A stretch of DNA of 64,000 bases from an uncultured archaeon (GTDB lineage Archaea; Nanobdellota; Nanobdellia; Pacearchaeales; GW2011-AR1): contig CABMGN010000002.1 in the NCBI GenBank assembly GCA_902385635.1, positions 82,092 to 146,091 on the forward strand, written 5' to 3'. The notes below the pieces were generated by a model, which was given only the letters and a program-made list of their open reading frames with translations, was not told the origin of the DNA and did no database searches. Below, piece after piece: positions 25,572 to 34,482 of this stretch (within the stretch, counting starts at the first letter, position 1; each line of letters starts with the position of its first letter). Position numbers and translations under genes: made by a program.

Positions 25572-25991
25572 ATGCCCCATCAATGCGTTCATTGTAAAAG
25601 AATATATCCTATTGGGAGTAAAGAGTTATTAGAAGGTTGTAGCAACTGTGGGGGGCACTTTTTCTTTTATATTAAGGATGAGCAGTTAGAACAGATAAAA
25701 CAGAATCCGATAGAAATCCCTAGGGCGGAAGTTGATAATATTGAAAGAGATGTAAGAGAAATTGTTGGGGTAACAAATGAAGAAATACCGGTAGTACTGG
25801 ATATAGAATCAGTTAGGGTTATGGGAGATGGTAAGTTTGAGATTGATTTAGTTAATCTTTTTGATAAAAAGCGACCTCTTGTTTACAAACTAGAGGAAGG
25901 GAAGTATGTTATTGATATTGCTTCTTCTTTAAAAAAAGCTAAGGAAGAGTATGATAAAAAGAAAGCAGCAGAGAAGACTAGTAAAGATTAA
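25572..25991 (+). CDS. Zn-ribbon protein (DUF2072-like, assignment from memory)
   Basis: N-terminal CVHCKRIY...CSNCGG zinc ribbon followed by a charged C-terminal domain. Confidence 0.55.
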   Translation: MPHQCVHCKRIYPIGSKELLEGCSNCGGHFFFYIKDEQLEQIKQNPIEIPRAEVDNIERDVREIVGVTNEEIPVVLDIESVRVMGDGKFEIDLVNLFDKKRPLVYKLEEGKYVIDIASSLKKAKEEYDKKKAAEKTSKD

Positions 25992-26016
25992 TAAAGATAT
26001 TTTGATTTCTTAGTTT

Positions 26017-27312
26017 ATGAAAAAAGAGAGTATGGATTCTGTTCTAAAAGAAGTTTTGAAGAGAGTTGAGCCGCCAGAGCAAGAGATGAAAAGTATGAAG
26101 AGCTATCTGGATCAATTTATTCAGAGGTTTGAAAAGAGATGTGCACAACGTAAAATTAGAGCAGAAATTTTTATTGGGGGAAGTTTTGCAAAGAAGACAG
26201 TTATAAAAAAGAATAGTTATGATATTGATATTTTCTTGCGTTTTGATCCAGAGTATCTTAAGGAAAAAAGAGATATTTCAGAGTTAGCTAGAGAGATTCT
26301 TGATTTGAACCAGGAAAAGTATATGGATGTCAAGGGTTCGCGGAATTACTTCAGAATAAAAGTTGATGAAACATTCTCTTTAGAAATAATACCGGTAATT
26401 AAAGTAAAAAATCCTCAAGAATCTGAAAATATAACAGATCTTTCTTACTCTCATGTAAAATACATAAATAAGAAGATTAAAGATCAAAAGATGCTTGACG
26501 AGATAAAGATAGCTAAAGCGTTCTGTTATAGTTGTAATGCTTACGGAGCGGAGAGTTATATTAAGGGCTTCTCGGGCTATGCTTTGGAATTACTCATTTA
26601 TCACTATAAAAGTTTTAGAAATTTTATTAAGGCCGTAGCTAAAACAAAGGATAAAGAAAAGCTAGTTATTGATATTGAAAGGTTTTACAAGAATAAATCT
26701 GAAGTAATGATGAATTTGAACACAGCCAAGTTACAAGCACCAATAATTCTGATAGATCCTACATACAAACAGAGAAATGTTTGTGCGGCACTCTCAGAAG
26801 AAACATTCAAACAGTTTAGGTATTCATGCAATCAATTCTTGAAAAATCCCTCGATTAAATGGTTTGAAGAACAAACCTTGGATTTAGAAAAAATCAAGAA
26901 AAATGCACTAACAAAAAAACAAGAGTTCTGTATTATCTTGTTAGAAACAGACCGGCAGGAAGGAGATATTGCTGGGACTAAACTTTTGAAATTCTACGAA
27001 CACATGTATTTTGAAATTGATAAATACTTTCAGATTAAAGGCCGAGGGTTTGGATATGACGGAATGCATAAGTCCCAAGCATGGTTTGTTGTAAAATCTA
27101 GAAAAGAAATCGAACAGATAGGTCCTAGAGTAAAAGATAAAGAAAATGTTAAAGCATTCAAGAAAAGGCATAAAAAGGTTATTGTAAAAAAAGGAAGATT
27201 AGTTGCAAAAGATAAAATTAATTTTACTATTCAACAATTCTTTGAAAATTGGAAAGAGAAGAATTCTGGGAAAATACGTGAAATGGATATTACTGGTCTG
27301 AGGATTCTGTAA
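26017..27312 (+). CDS. cca: Class I (archaeal) CCA-adding enzyme / tRNA nucleotidyltransferase
   Basis: Pol-beta-type nucleotidyltransferase motif GGSFAKKTVIKKNSYDIDIFLRF. Length and helical body domain are typical of archaeal CCA enzymes. Confidence 0.75.
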   Translation: MKKESMDSVLKEVLKRVEPPEQEMKSMKSYLDQFIQRFEKRCAQRKIRAEIFIGGSFAKKTVIKKNSYDIDIFLRFDPEYLKEKRDISELAREILDLNQEKYMDVKGSRNYFRIKVDETFSLEIIPVIKVKNPQESENITDLSYSHVKYINKKIKDQKMLDEIKIAKAFCYSCNAYGAESYIKGFSGYALELLIYHYKSFRNFIKAVAKTKDKEKLVIDIERFYKNKSEVMMNLNTAKLQAPIILIDPTYKQRNVCAALSEETFKQFRYSCNQFLKNPSIKWFEEQTLDLEKIKKNALTKKQEFCIILLETDRQEGDIAGTKLLKFYEHMYFEIDKYFQIKGRGFGYDGMHKSQAWFVVKSRKEIEQIGPRVKDKENVKAFKKRHKKVIVKKGRLVAKDKINFTIQQFFENWKEKNSGKIREMDITGLRIL

Positions 27313-27559
27313 GTGGAGCCATTGCATAAGCTGCAGACATAAATACAATCCCCTCATAATCAGAAGCGTGTTCTGAAGCTCTAATCATTTGCCGGGTATT
27401 TGCATCTACTGAAAGAAGGTAGTTTCCTCTCTTGAAAGCACGTTCTCCAGCAAGGGTAGTGTTAAGTTCCTTCCAGCCTACAGTAAGTAGTTGTTCAATT
27501 CTAACTCGTTCGTGTGTCCCAAAACAATGTCTTAATGGGAGATGTTTATCGTCACTCAT
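27290..27559 (-). CDS. Hypothetical 89-aa protein (orphan, last gene of the FHA operon)
   Basis: The ORF overlaps the upstream orphan by 8 nt and the convergent cca 3' end by 23 nt. No motif recognised. Confidence 0.4.
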   Translation of the reverse strand: MSDDKHLPLRHCFGTHERVRIEQLLTVGWKELNTTLAGERAFKRGNYLLSVDANTRQMIRASEHASDYEGIVFMSAAYAMAPLTESSDQ

Positions 27560-27878
27560 CTTTTATACCTCGCTCGTAAAGGGGTTTTCCCGTGAAAGGT
27601 TGTGTATAATTAATTGGAGTATATTCTGTTGGCCCTGGTTGCCAAACATCATTACCAGGCATCTTAAATCCCGCAGTAAGTTGAGTACAGTAAAATCCTT
27701 GCACCCTAGTTTTAGGTTGAAGAGTATCTTGACTCACTGAAATCCTAAGGTCTTCCCACCAAACTCTTTCTCTAAATGGATCTGGCCTTTCAAGACCAAG
27801 ATCTTGGCATTTAACACCGTTTCTAGCAAGAAATTCTTCAGCAATATGCCCGGGGGTTATTGGGGCCCCAAGAACCAT
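27552..27878 (-). CDS. Hypothetical 108-aa protein (orphan)
   Basis: ORF 31 nt downstream of the FHA gene on the same strand. Pro/Trp/Arg-containing composition is atypical for this window. Confidence 0.4.
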   Translation of the reverse strand: MVLGAPITPGHIAEEFLARNGVKCQDLGLERPDPFRERVWWEDLRISVSQDTLQPKTRVQGFYCTQLTAGFKMPGNDVWQPGPTEYTPINYTQPFTGKPLYERGIKDE

Positions 27879-27909
27879 TTATTTAAGAGTATGAAAAAGA
27901 AGACTCATC

Positions 27910-28287
27910 TTAATCCCCCCTCACCGCGTAAGTGAATCCCCCAAAAGATCCAAAAGAAATAAGATCTCCGTTTGATAAAAAGTAAAGCTCCCGAGGATTT
28001 ATTACTTGAGGTTTGTCCCATTCGCCCCATTTAGCAACAGAGGTTCCATGTGAAGAATGATCTATGATTGCTACTCCCTGCCCGGAAGGAAATACTTGAA
28101 TATATGCGTGGTCTCTAGAAGCAGTTAAACATTCGGGGTCTTCTGCAACTAAGGGTATATCTGCATCGCGAAATCTTCCCACAGTTAAAAGGCTAGTCCC
28201 TTTTTCTCTAACTAATCTAGATAAATCAAAAGAAACTGCCCCGCTCATTCCTTTCGGAGGAGTATATTGTAAAATATGTCTTTTCAT
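27910..28287 (-). CDS. FHA-domain protein (phosphothreonine-peptide binding)
   Basis: FHA landmarks in order: TVGRFRDADIPL (GR), ASRDHAYI (SR.HA), IIDHSSHGTSV (D.S..GT) and LSNGDLISFG (GD.i.fG). Confidence 0.7.
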   Translation of the reverse strand: MKRHILQYTPPKGMSGAVSFDLSRLVREKGTSLLTVGRFRDADIPLVAEDPECLTASRDHAYIQVFPSGQGVAIIDHSSHGTSVAKWGEWDKPQVINPRELYFLSNGDLISFGSFGGFTYAVRGD

Positions 28288-28295
28288 TTTGTCCC

Positions 28296-29069
28296 TTATT
28301 TCATTGCAACATCGAATAAATTTGCGAATGCTGTGCTGAAAAAATCTGAGTTTAGCCAGATAGCTGTTTCCTCGTCTCCTGGACTTTTTGTTAGATAGAA
28401 TAAAACTTCTTTCTTGTCTATTATGAAGAATTTTGCATCAACATCAATCTTCTTAATCTTTAAACCAACTCTAGCTGAAACTTGTTTTATGTGTTCCTCA
28501 TTTCCAGAAAGAGCAACTTTAACTTTAATGTTTGCTTTCTTTAATCTATCGATTGTTTGTTGAAAAATCTTTAGTTTGTAAGTAAAGTCTTCAACATTTG
28601 TACAGATTATTACTTCATCTTTAGCATTTTCTAGTGTTTCTTTAATGTGGTTAGTAATGTTTGACTTTCCTTTTATTGAAGCGTGAAGGTCTTCTCTCTT
28701 TACGGGTGCAATTCCTTCCTTGTAAAGCTCTTCTAGTTTTTCGTACTCGTTAGTATCTTTAATCTTACTTAGAGAGTCGATTCTCTCTTCAGCATCTTTG
28801 TGAACATTATTCTTCATTTTTTCTAGAATTATATGCGGTTTAACACCAAGATATTTTACTGGCTTTCCTAACTTGATTATTGCAAATCCTCTCTTCTCTA
28901 ATCCTTCTAAAACATCGTAAGTTCTTGATCTTGGAACTCCAGAAACTTCTGCAATCTCTCCTGCACTCGCAACCCCTTTTCCAAGTAAAGCTAACCAGAC
29001 TTTTGTCTCGTAAATATTCAAATCAAAGTAGTCTTTGATCTTATTAACTAGTTCTTGTTTTACTATCAT
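28296..29069 (-). CDS. TrmB-family transcriptional regulator
   Basis: N-terminal winged HTH YETKVWLALLGKGVASAGEIAEVSGVPRSRTYDVLEGLEKRGF, followed by a coiled-coil and a C-terminal TrmB-type domain. Confidence 0.8.
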   Translation of the reverse strand: MIVKQELVNKIKDYFDLNIYETKVWLALLGKGVASAGEIAEVSGVPRSRTYDVLEGLEKRGFAIIKLGKPVKYLGVKPHIILEKMKNNVHKDAEERIDSLSKIKDTNEYEKLEELYKEGIAPVKREDLHASIKGKSNITNHIKETLENAKDEVIICTNVEDFTYKLKIFQQTIDRLKKANIKVKVALSGNEEHIKQVSARVGLKIKKIDVDAKFFIIDKKEVLFYLTKSPGDEETAIWLNSDFFSTAFANLFDVAMK

Positions 29070-29160
29070 CTTGTTATCCTCAAAAGTGTAACAACTAGCT
29101 AGTGATACACTTATTTATAAATGTTTCGGAGATGTTACTTTGATAAAGGGGCAACAAAAC

Positions 29161-30087
29161 CTAGAATATTAGATAACTTAAAATTACTGCTAGGAGGATA
29201 CCTGCAGAAATAAAAGGCATTGCAGGATAGAACTTTTTCTTTTCAGCAAGGAAGAGTAGACAAGATAGACCTACAAAAGCCCCGGCAATTGTAATTAAAG
29301 CCGGAATAAATCCGAGAGTTTTTAACATTACTCCTGCAGCGATTATCGGGAAAACAACATCTCCCCCGCCAAGAATTGCTACACTAACCTTAACTCTTTT
29401 CTTTTTTAACTGTGACTTAGATAATTTTTTTAGTTTCATTCTAATATCTCTTGGAATGTACGGGATAAAAAAACCAGAGAATATCTTCAGTTGATTCATC
29501 TGGTATTTTGCCATTTTTTGCATGATCCCGGAATGCCAGACTGCCCACATATCGTAAATTGATATTGCTACGAGAAGTATTAGTAATGTCCAGATATTAA
29601 GAAGGGGAACAAAAATAGCTGCAACCCCGGGATAGATGAATAATTCTGTTACATTATGAACGAAAAAGTTCCTTTGAAATATCTTAAGCAGAGCTAGAGG
29701 AATTGCAACGAAAAGGGCAATCCATGCAGCATAAGGAATTTTATTTCCTATAACCGAGTTAAAAGAAATGGCCATAGCAAGTACAACTACAATAAAGAAC
29801 CAAATCTTGAGAATAATATCTGCTTTTGTTTTTGTGAGTAAGAAAATGATTAGAATAGCAATAACAAATGCTAGAAGTATAGATGGAAGCATTGTTAGGA
29901 AGTCTATATCTTGTTGAACCTCTGGAGTCTCCATTCCGTATGGAAGAGAAACTTTATTTGTTGAATTTGTAATTTGTCCGTCAACAATTTTTGTTGGGGA
30001 GTATTGGCTAACAACATATAAACCAATGAACTGCGTTAACAAAAACATTGCAAGAATTATTGCTGTAATCTTAGCGGTATGTTTCAT
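29161..30087 (-). CDS. Polytopic GxGD di-aspartyl intramembrane protease, presenilin/SPP-like
   Basis: About 9 TM segments. Motifs SIYDMWAV (YD), LGGGDVVFP (GxGD) and YPAMPF (PAL-like) appear in the order expected for presenilin homologues. Confidence 0.6.
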   Translation of the reverse strand: MKHTAKITAIILAMFLLTQFIGLYVVSQYSPTKIVDGQITNSTNKVSLPYGMETPEVQQDIDFLTMLPSILLAFVIAILIIFLLTKTKADIILKIWFFIVVVLAMAISFNSVIGNKIPYAAWIALFVAIPLALLKIFQRNFFVHNVTELFIYPGVAAIFVPLLNIWTLLILLVAISIYDMWAVWHSGIMQKMAKYQMNQLKIFSGFFIPYIPRDIRMKLKKLSKSQLKKKRVKVSVAILGGGDVVFPIIAAGVMLKTLGFIPALITIAGAFVGLSCLLFLAEKKKFYPAMPFISAGILLAVILSYLIF

Positions 30088-30128
30088 AGATTAAAGAGGA
30101 GAAAGTTGTTTAAAAAGGTTAGGAGAAA

Positions 30129-30992
30129 TTAATCAAACCAATCTAACATCTTCCAACCAAAGTTAGATCCGTCATATTGACAAACTTTCATATATCCTTG
30201 GGTTGAAGAAGCACGATGATAATAGATTGACCCTTCAGTGGTACCATCGCAAGTAAAAGGTGCAGCAGAATGAAGGTTTAAGTCTACAGAGTCTATCTTT
30301 AAAACACCATTAATAACTTCAACATTTCCATTGAAGTATCCAGCATTTCCAGTTCCGCTATCATCTTTTCCATAAACTCCCCCGTAACCACTTCCTAAGT
30401 AACCGGAGTAACCGTTAGAATTAACTCCCCCAACAGCACTGCTCGAACCACCAAGATAACCAGTATTTCCGTCTCTATTTCCATAAACCCCGTATGATCC
30501 CCCCAAAGAACCATAAGTATTCCCAGCATTGTTTGTACCTAAAACTGCTCCATTCCAGTCAGAAACATTAGCTTTAACATATAATTTATATCTTGACTGC
30601 GGATTTGCCCCAATTCCCACTGCACCAGCACCAAAGTAAATATCCACTGGATCTTGCATGATCTGATATCCTGAAACATACCTATTCCAGTATGTACTAG
30701 AACTTCCAACAGATTTACATTTCCATTGAGTGCCATTCCAGTAAAAAACATCTCCAGTATCACACCCTCCGGCAGGCATACCTAGCTCGCTTGGAGAGTG
30801 ACCGGGATTTGGAACATACTCTCCGAAAGCATTAGTCATTCCACTAGCCCAATTACCATAAGCAGTTTGATGGGATGATCCTCCAAAATTAAATTGAGCG
30901 TTTAAAGCATAAACACTAACACTTCCAAGAACGATAATTAAAATTGCTAATAAACTATAAACTGCACGATTAGAAATTTCTATCTTCACCAT
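30129..30992 (-). CDS. Gly/Tyr-rich repeat surface protein, tail-fibre-like, with class III signal-like N-terminus
   Basis: MVKIEISNRA|VYSLLAILIIVLGSVSVYA. VGIGANPQSRYKLYVKANV is followed by GxxG(Y/S)xG repeats (GNTYGSLGGSYGVYGNRDGNTGYLGG...). Two Cys-bracketed modules are present (CDTGDVFYWNGTQWKC; CDGTTEGSIYY...VCQYDG). Confidence 0.55.
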   Translation of the reverse strand: MVKIEISNRAVYSLLAILIIVLGSVSVYALNAQFNFGGSSHQTAYGNWASGMTNAFGEYVPNPGHSPSELGMPAGGCDTGDVFYWNGTQWKCKSVGSSSTYWNRYVSGYQIMQDPVDIYFGAGAVGIGANPQSRYKLYVKANVSDWNGAVLGTNNAGNTYGSLGGSYGVYGNRDGNTGYLGGSSSAVGGVNSNGYSGYLGSGYGGVYGKDDSGTGNAGYFNGNVEVINGVLKIDSVDLNLHSAAPFTCDGTTEGSIYYHRASSTQGYMKVCQYDGSNFGWKMLDWFD

Positions 30993-31034
30993 CTTTAATT
31001 ATAATATAGAAAAGAAGTATTTAAAGTTTTTTAT

Positions 31035-32921
31035 CTACCTCAAACGAACAGTTTCTAAAGTCCTCGGAACATTTGTTTCTGTTCTAGAAAGTTTGTATAA
31101 AGCAGAAGCAAGATCTAAACATTTTGAAACTTCCCCGTGATTAACAATAATTCTTTTTGGTTTTGGTTTCATATTATTAAAGAATGAGATTATTTCGTTT
31201 CTTCCGGCGTGTGGAGAGAGGCCTTTCAAGAATTCAACTCTCATGTTAACTTCTATTTTTCTTTTCTGGCCTTCATCTTCTAGTTCAATAACTCTTTCTC
31301 CTTCCTGTAAGGCTCTTCCGGGAGAACCCTGGCCCTGATAACAACTTATGATCATTAAATTATTTGGATTTTCTGCAAAGTTCTTTAGATATTCAACTGA
31401 AGCTCCACCAACTAACATACCGGAAGTTGCAATAACAATACACGGCCCTCCTTCGATAACTTCTTTTCTTTCTGCAGGAGAACCAACTCTCTTGAAAATG
31501 TCTGATGTGAATGGATTATTATCCTGGAAAAATTGTGTTCTAACTTTCGAACTTAAAAAATCGGGGTATGCTGTATGAATAGCATTAATATCCCAGATCA
31601 TACCATCAATGTACATTGGAATTTTTGGGAGTTCTCCTGTTCGCACTGCTTCTTCAACTCTAAGAACAGTTTCTTGTGAGTGACCGAGACCAAGTTCGGG
31701 AATTAAAACTTTTCCCCCCTTGTTTAAAGTATCTCTGACCATTTCCATAAACTTTGCTTCTGTTTCTTTTCTTGGAGGAAGAACATCTTCCTTTGCACCG
31801 TAAGTCGACTCTGTAATTATTGACTCTGCTCTCGGAAATACACAGATTGCAGGATCGAGAAGCCTAGTGTAAGAGTACTTGTAATCTCCAAGGTAAACCA
31901 GATTGTGCAGCCCATTACCAATGTTAAGATGAACTAAAGATCCTCCAAGACAGTGGCCAGAATTGTATAATGTTAGTCTAACATCTGGAGTCACGTCAGT
32001 GACTTCATTGTAATTTAAACAGATTGAATGTTTTACCATCTCGGTAACATCAGAAGAAGAGAAAAGTGGTTTTGAGGCTTGCTTGTAAGCAACCCCAATA
32101 AAATCTAAAGAAAGAAGAGCAGCAATATCTCGTGTTGGTTGAGTCATGTAACACGGACCTTTGTAACCCATTTTATATAAGTAAGGTAAAAGACCAACAT
32201 GATCTAGGTGTGCGTGAGAAATAATAACAGCATCGATCTGATTTATATCAAACTCTGAAACATTGAAATAAGGGAATTTATCAGTTCCTTTTGAAGCAAC
32301 ATCTATTCCGCAATCCATTAAAATTTTTGAATTAGGTGTTTGCAAGAGTAAACACGATCTTCCTACTTGTCTTCCTGCTCCTAAGAAAGTTATTCTTACC
32401 CACTCTTCAATTTTTTCTGGATTCCAACCGGTGTAGATTTTTTCTCCAATTTTGTTTAAGAATTTTCTTCTGTAATTGTTATTTGCGTAAAGAACTTCTC
32501 TAACACTCTCGGTAATTCGTGATTTTATCGCGGGAGATCTCTGAACTTGTGGAGTCCACAATGTTTTTTGTCTAATATCATCTAGAATTGATCCTTGCTT
32601 ACCTATAACTAAACCTGGTTTTTTTGCTTCAATAATCACAATGCTTCTATGAAGGTCGAAAATTATGTTTGTTAGTTCTGCTTCTTCCGGAATTGTCTCT
32701 CTAATTATTTTTTCAACAGTTTCTTGGTCTGGAAGAATTTTTGTATCTGCTCTTAATTCAACTCTTTTCTTTATCTCGTTAACAATTTCTTTTACTTTTG
32801 TTTCCCCCTCTTTGAAGAATCTCTCATTATCTGTGTAGATTACAATATTTGCACCTTCAAATCCTGCTTCTGTTATTCTACCACCAAGTTTATCGATTAT
32901 AGTTTGAAGAATTTCAATCAT
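31035..32921 (-). CDS. aCPSF1: KH-domain + metallo-beta-lactamase/beta-CASP ribonuclease
   Basis: N-terminal KH domains (VIGKQGSILDDIR), MBL motif HAHLDHVGLLPYL, and beta-CASP and C-terminal motifs. The 628-aa length is typical of archaeal CPSF1. Confidence 0.85.
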   Translation of the reverse strand: MIEILQTIIDKLGGRITEAGFEGANIVIYTDNERFFKEGETKVKEIVNEIKKRVELRADTKILPDQETVEKIIRETIPEEAELTNIIFDLHRSIVIIEAKKPGLVIGKQGSILDDIRQKTLWTPQVQRSPAIKSRITESVREVLYANNNYRRKFLNKIGEKIYTGWNPEKIEEWVRITFLGAGRQVGRSCLLLQTPNSKILMDCGIDVASKGTDKFPYFNVSEFDINQIDAVIISHAHLDHVGLLPYLYKMGYKGPCYMTQPTRDIAALLSLDFIGVAYKQASKPLFSSSDVTEMVKHSICLNYNEVTDVTPDVRLTLYNSGHCLGGSLVHLNIGNGLHNLVYLGDYKYSYTRLLDPAICVFPRAESIITESTYGAKEDVLPPRKETEAKFMEMVRDTLNKGGKVLIPELGLGHSQETVLRVEEAVRTGELPKIPMYIDGMIWDINAIHTAYPDFLSSKVRTQFFQDNNPFTSDIFKRVGSPAERKEVIEGGPCIVIATSGMLVGGASVEYLKNFAENPNNLMIISCYQGQGSPGRALQEGERVIELEDEGQKRKIEVNMRVEFLKGLSPHAGRNEIISFFNNMKPKPKRIIVNHGEVSKCLDLASALYKLSRTETNVPRTLETVRLR

Positions 32922-32939
32922 TGTTTTTTAGAATTAGGG

Positions 32940-33563
32940 TTATTGGTCTTTGTATTCAGGAATGATTTCTTGAGTGACTACCTGTTTAATTCCTTCTTTA
33001 GTTAGTGTTACAATATCTATACCATTTCCAGAACCCATATCTCTTTGTGTTGAAGATTTAAGAGCTTCTTTTGCAAGTTCTACTCCTTCTTTAACAGTCA
33101 TTCCTTTTTTATACTGCCTCTCAAATAAGCCAAGAACAAAAGGCATACCAGACCCTAGACTTGCTGTGTAATCCTCAACTTTTCCTAAGTATCCACCAGT
33201 AATTTCATACAGAGAAGCTTCCCCATTTTCGTCAAGACCGGCTAGAATAAATGCACTTTCAGAAACCTGAATATTTGAAAGAAGACTTGCAGCTGCTCTG
33301 ACTGTTGGTCGTGATTTTGATCTTAATTCTTTAAGCTTTAACTCGGCTGTTAAAATTTGTGATACTTTCTGAGTTTCTGTTGCAGAACCGCATCCAGCAA
33401 AAACAAGATAATCGTTAAGGGTTCTTACCTTCTCGTTATCCTTTGAAAAGATTAAGGTACCTATTGAAGCCCTTCTATCTCCAGCCATTACAACTCCGTC
33501 TTTACAAACAATTCCAAGAATAGTTGTTCCTGTCTTAAGTGAAGTCTTTAACCCAGCGTCCAT
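32940..33563 (-). CDS. psmB: Proteasome beta subunit
   Basis: Propeptide MDAGLKTSLKTG precedes catalytic Thr: TTILGIVCKDGVVMAGDRRAS. GSG...ALKSSTQRD is typical of Ntn beta subunits. Confidence 0.85.
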   Translation of the reverse strand: MDAGLKTSLKTGTTILGIVCKDGVVMAGDRRASIGTLIFSKDNEKVRTLNDYLVFAGCGSATETQKVSQILTAELKLKELRSKSRPTVRAAASLLSNIQVSESAFILAGLDENGEASLYEITGGYLGKVEDYTASLGSGMPFVLGLFERQYKKGMTVKEGVELAKEALKSSTQRDMGSGNGIDIVTLTKEGIKQVVTQEIIPEYKDQ

Positions 33564-33643
33564 TTTTAAGAATCATCTAATAAAATATTAGAATTTAATA
33601 ATAATCTAGGATTATTCAAGTTTATAAATTTTTTGGAGAAAGC

Positions 33644-34357
33644 TTATTTTCTCTTTTGAAGGATAAGCTCCGAGATAGTTACCTGTCCTTGCTGTAGACC
33701 TGTTTTTATCTCAGAATTAAATTTTACCTCGACATTATATCCTTCTTTAGGGGCCTGAATTTCGGGGTCATTTATTGGTCCGGCAAGCTTAAAGTAGGGC
33801 ATTATTATCTTTCCTTCATCTTTTAGATAATTTTTGGCTTCTCTAAGAAAACGGGAGAGTAATTCCCCCCTGCTGCCCCCAAGCATTGTCCCAGAAACTT
33901 TAAACTTTTCAAAAGGATGATCTGAGAAGAAAGGGTGGTTAAAGACTATCAAATCAAATTTCTCTTTAATTCCTTCAAAAAGATCTCCTTTGATTACTTT
34001 AGATTTTTTTGCTAGATCAAAAATTTTAACATTTTCTTTTGCATTTTCTATAGCTGCATCAGAAATATCTGAGAAAACAATCTTATTTGCTCCAGACAAG
34101 CCTGCAACAATTCCCTGAATACCGGTTCCGCAGCCAATGTCTAGAAAAGATTTACCCCTATAAAGCCCGTTATTAAAAAAGAGCCATTTTGCTAGAATTA
34201 GAGAGGTCATCATTTCGGGCCTCATTGCATTTTTATGAACTGAAAATCCTCTTAAAATTAGATCGTCAGAGATTAAGATATCTCTTTTATATCCCTCGTG
34301 ATTATGTGCGTTAAGTTGCTTCTCTATTTGCTTTTTTTGTTCTTCTGTTAAACTCAT
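33644..34357 (-). CDS. Class I SAM-dependent methyltransferase with NPPY-like (NHPF) motif
   Basis: Motif I FLDIGCGTGIQGI and motif IV DLIVFNHPFF (N/D-P-P-Y/F type amino-methylase). Substrate unknown. Confidence 0.65.
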   Translation of the reverse strand: MSLTEEQKKQIEKQLNAHNHEGYKRDILISDDLILRGFSVHKNAMRPEMMTSLILAKWLFFNNGLYRGKSFLDIGCGTGIQGIVAGLSGANKIVFSDISDAAIENAKENVKIFDLAKKSKVIKGDLFEGIKEKFDLIVFNHPFFSDHPFEKFKVSGTMLGGSRGELLSRFLREAKNYLKDEGKIIMPYFKLAGPINDPEIQAPKEGYNVEVKFNSEIKTGLQQGQVTISELILQKRK

Positions 34358-34482
34358 ACTTCTACCAACTTCTTACCTTATTTTAAACTTCTTATACTTT
34401 GTAATCCCTACAAAAAGGTAACATTTAAATATTTCGAATCCTGTATATAAATGGTTAAAAAGCAAAAAATAATATTAACAAA

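Noticed and set aside
29161-30087. Calling the GxGD protease a type IV prepilin peptidase (PibD/FlaK)
   Set aside because: The YD...GxGD...PA(L/M) motif order and the roughly 9-TM, roughly 300-aa architecture fit presenilin/SPP homologues better. The lysine that usually follows GxGD(V/A) in A24 enzymes is absent. The possibility is retained only as a hypothesis in the findings.
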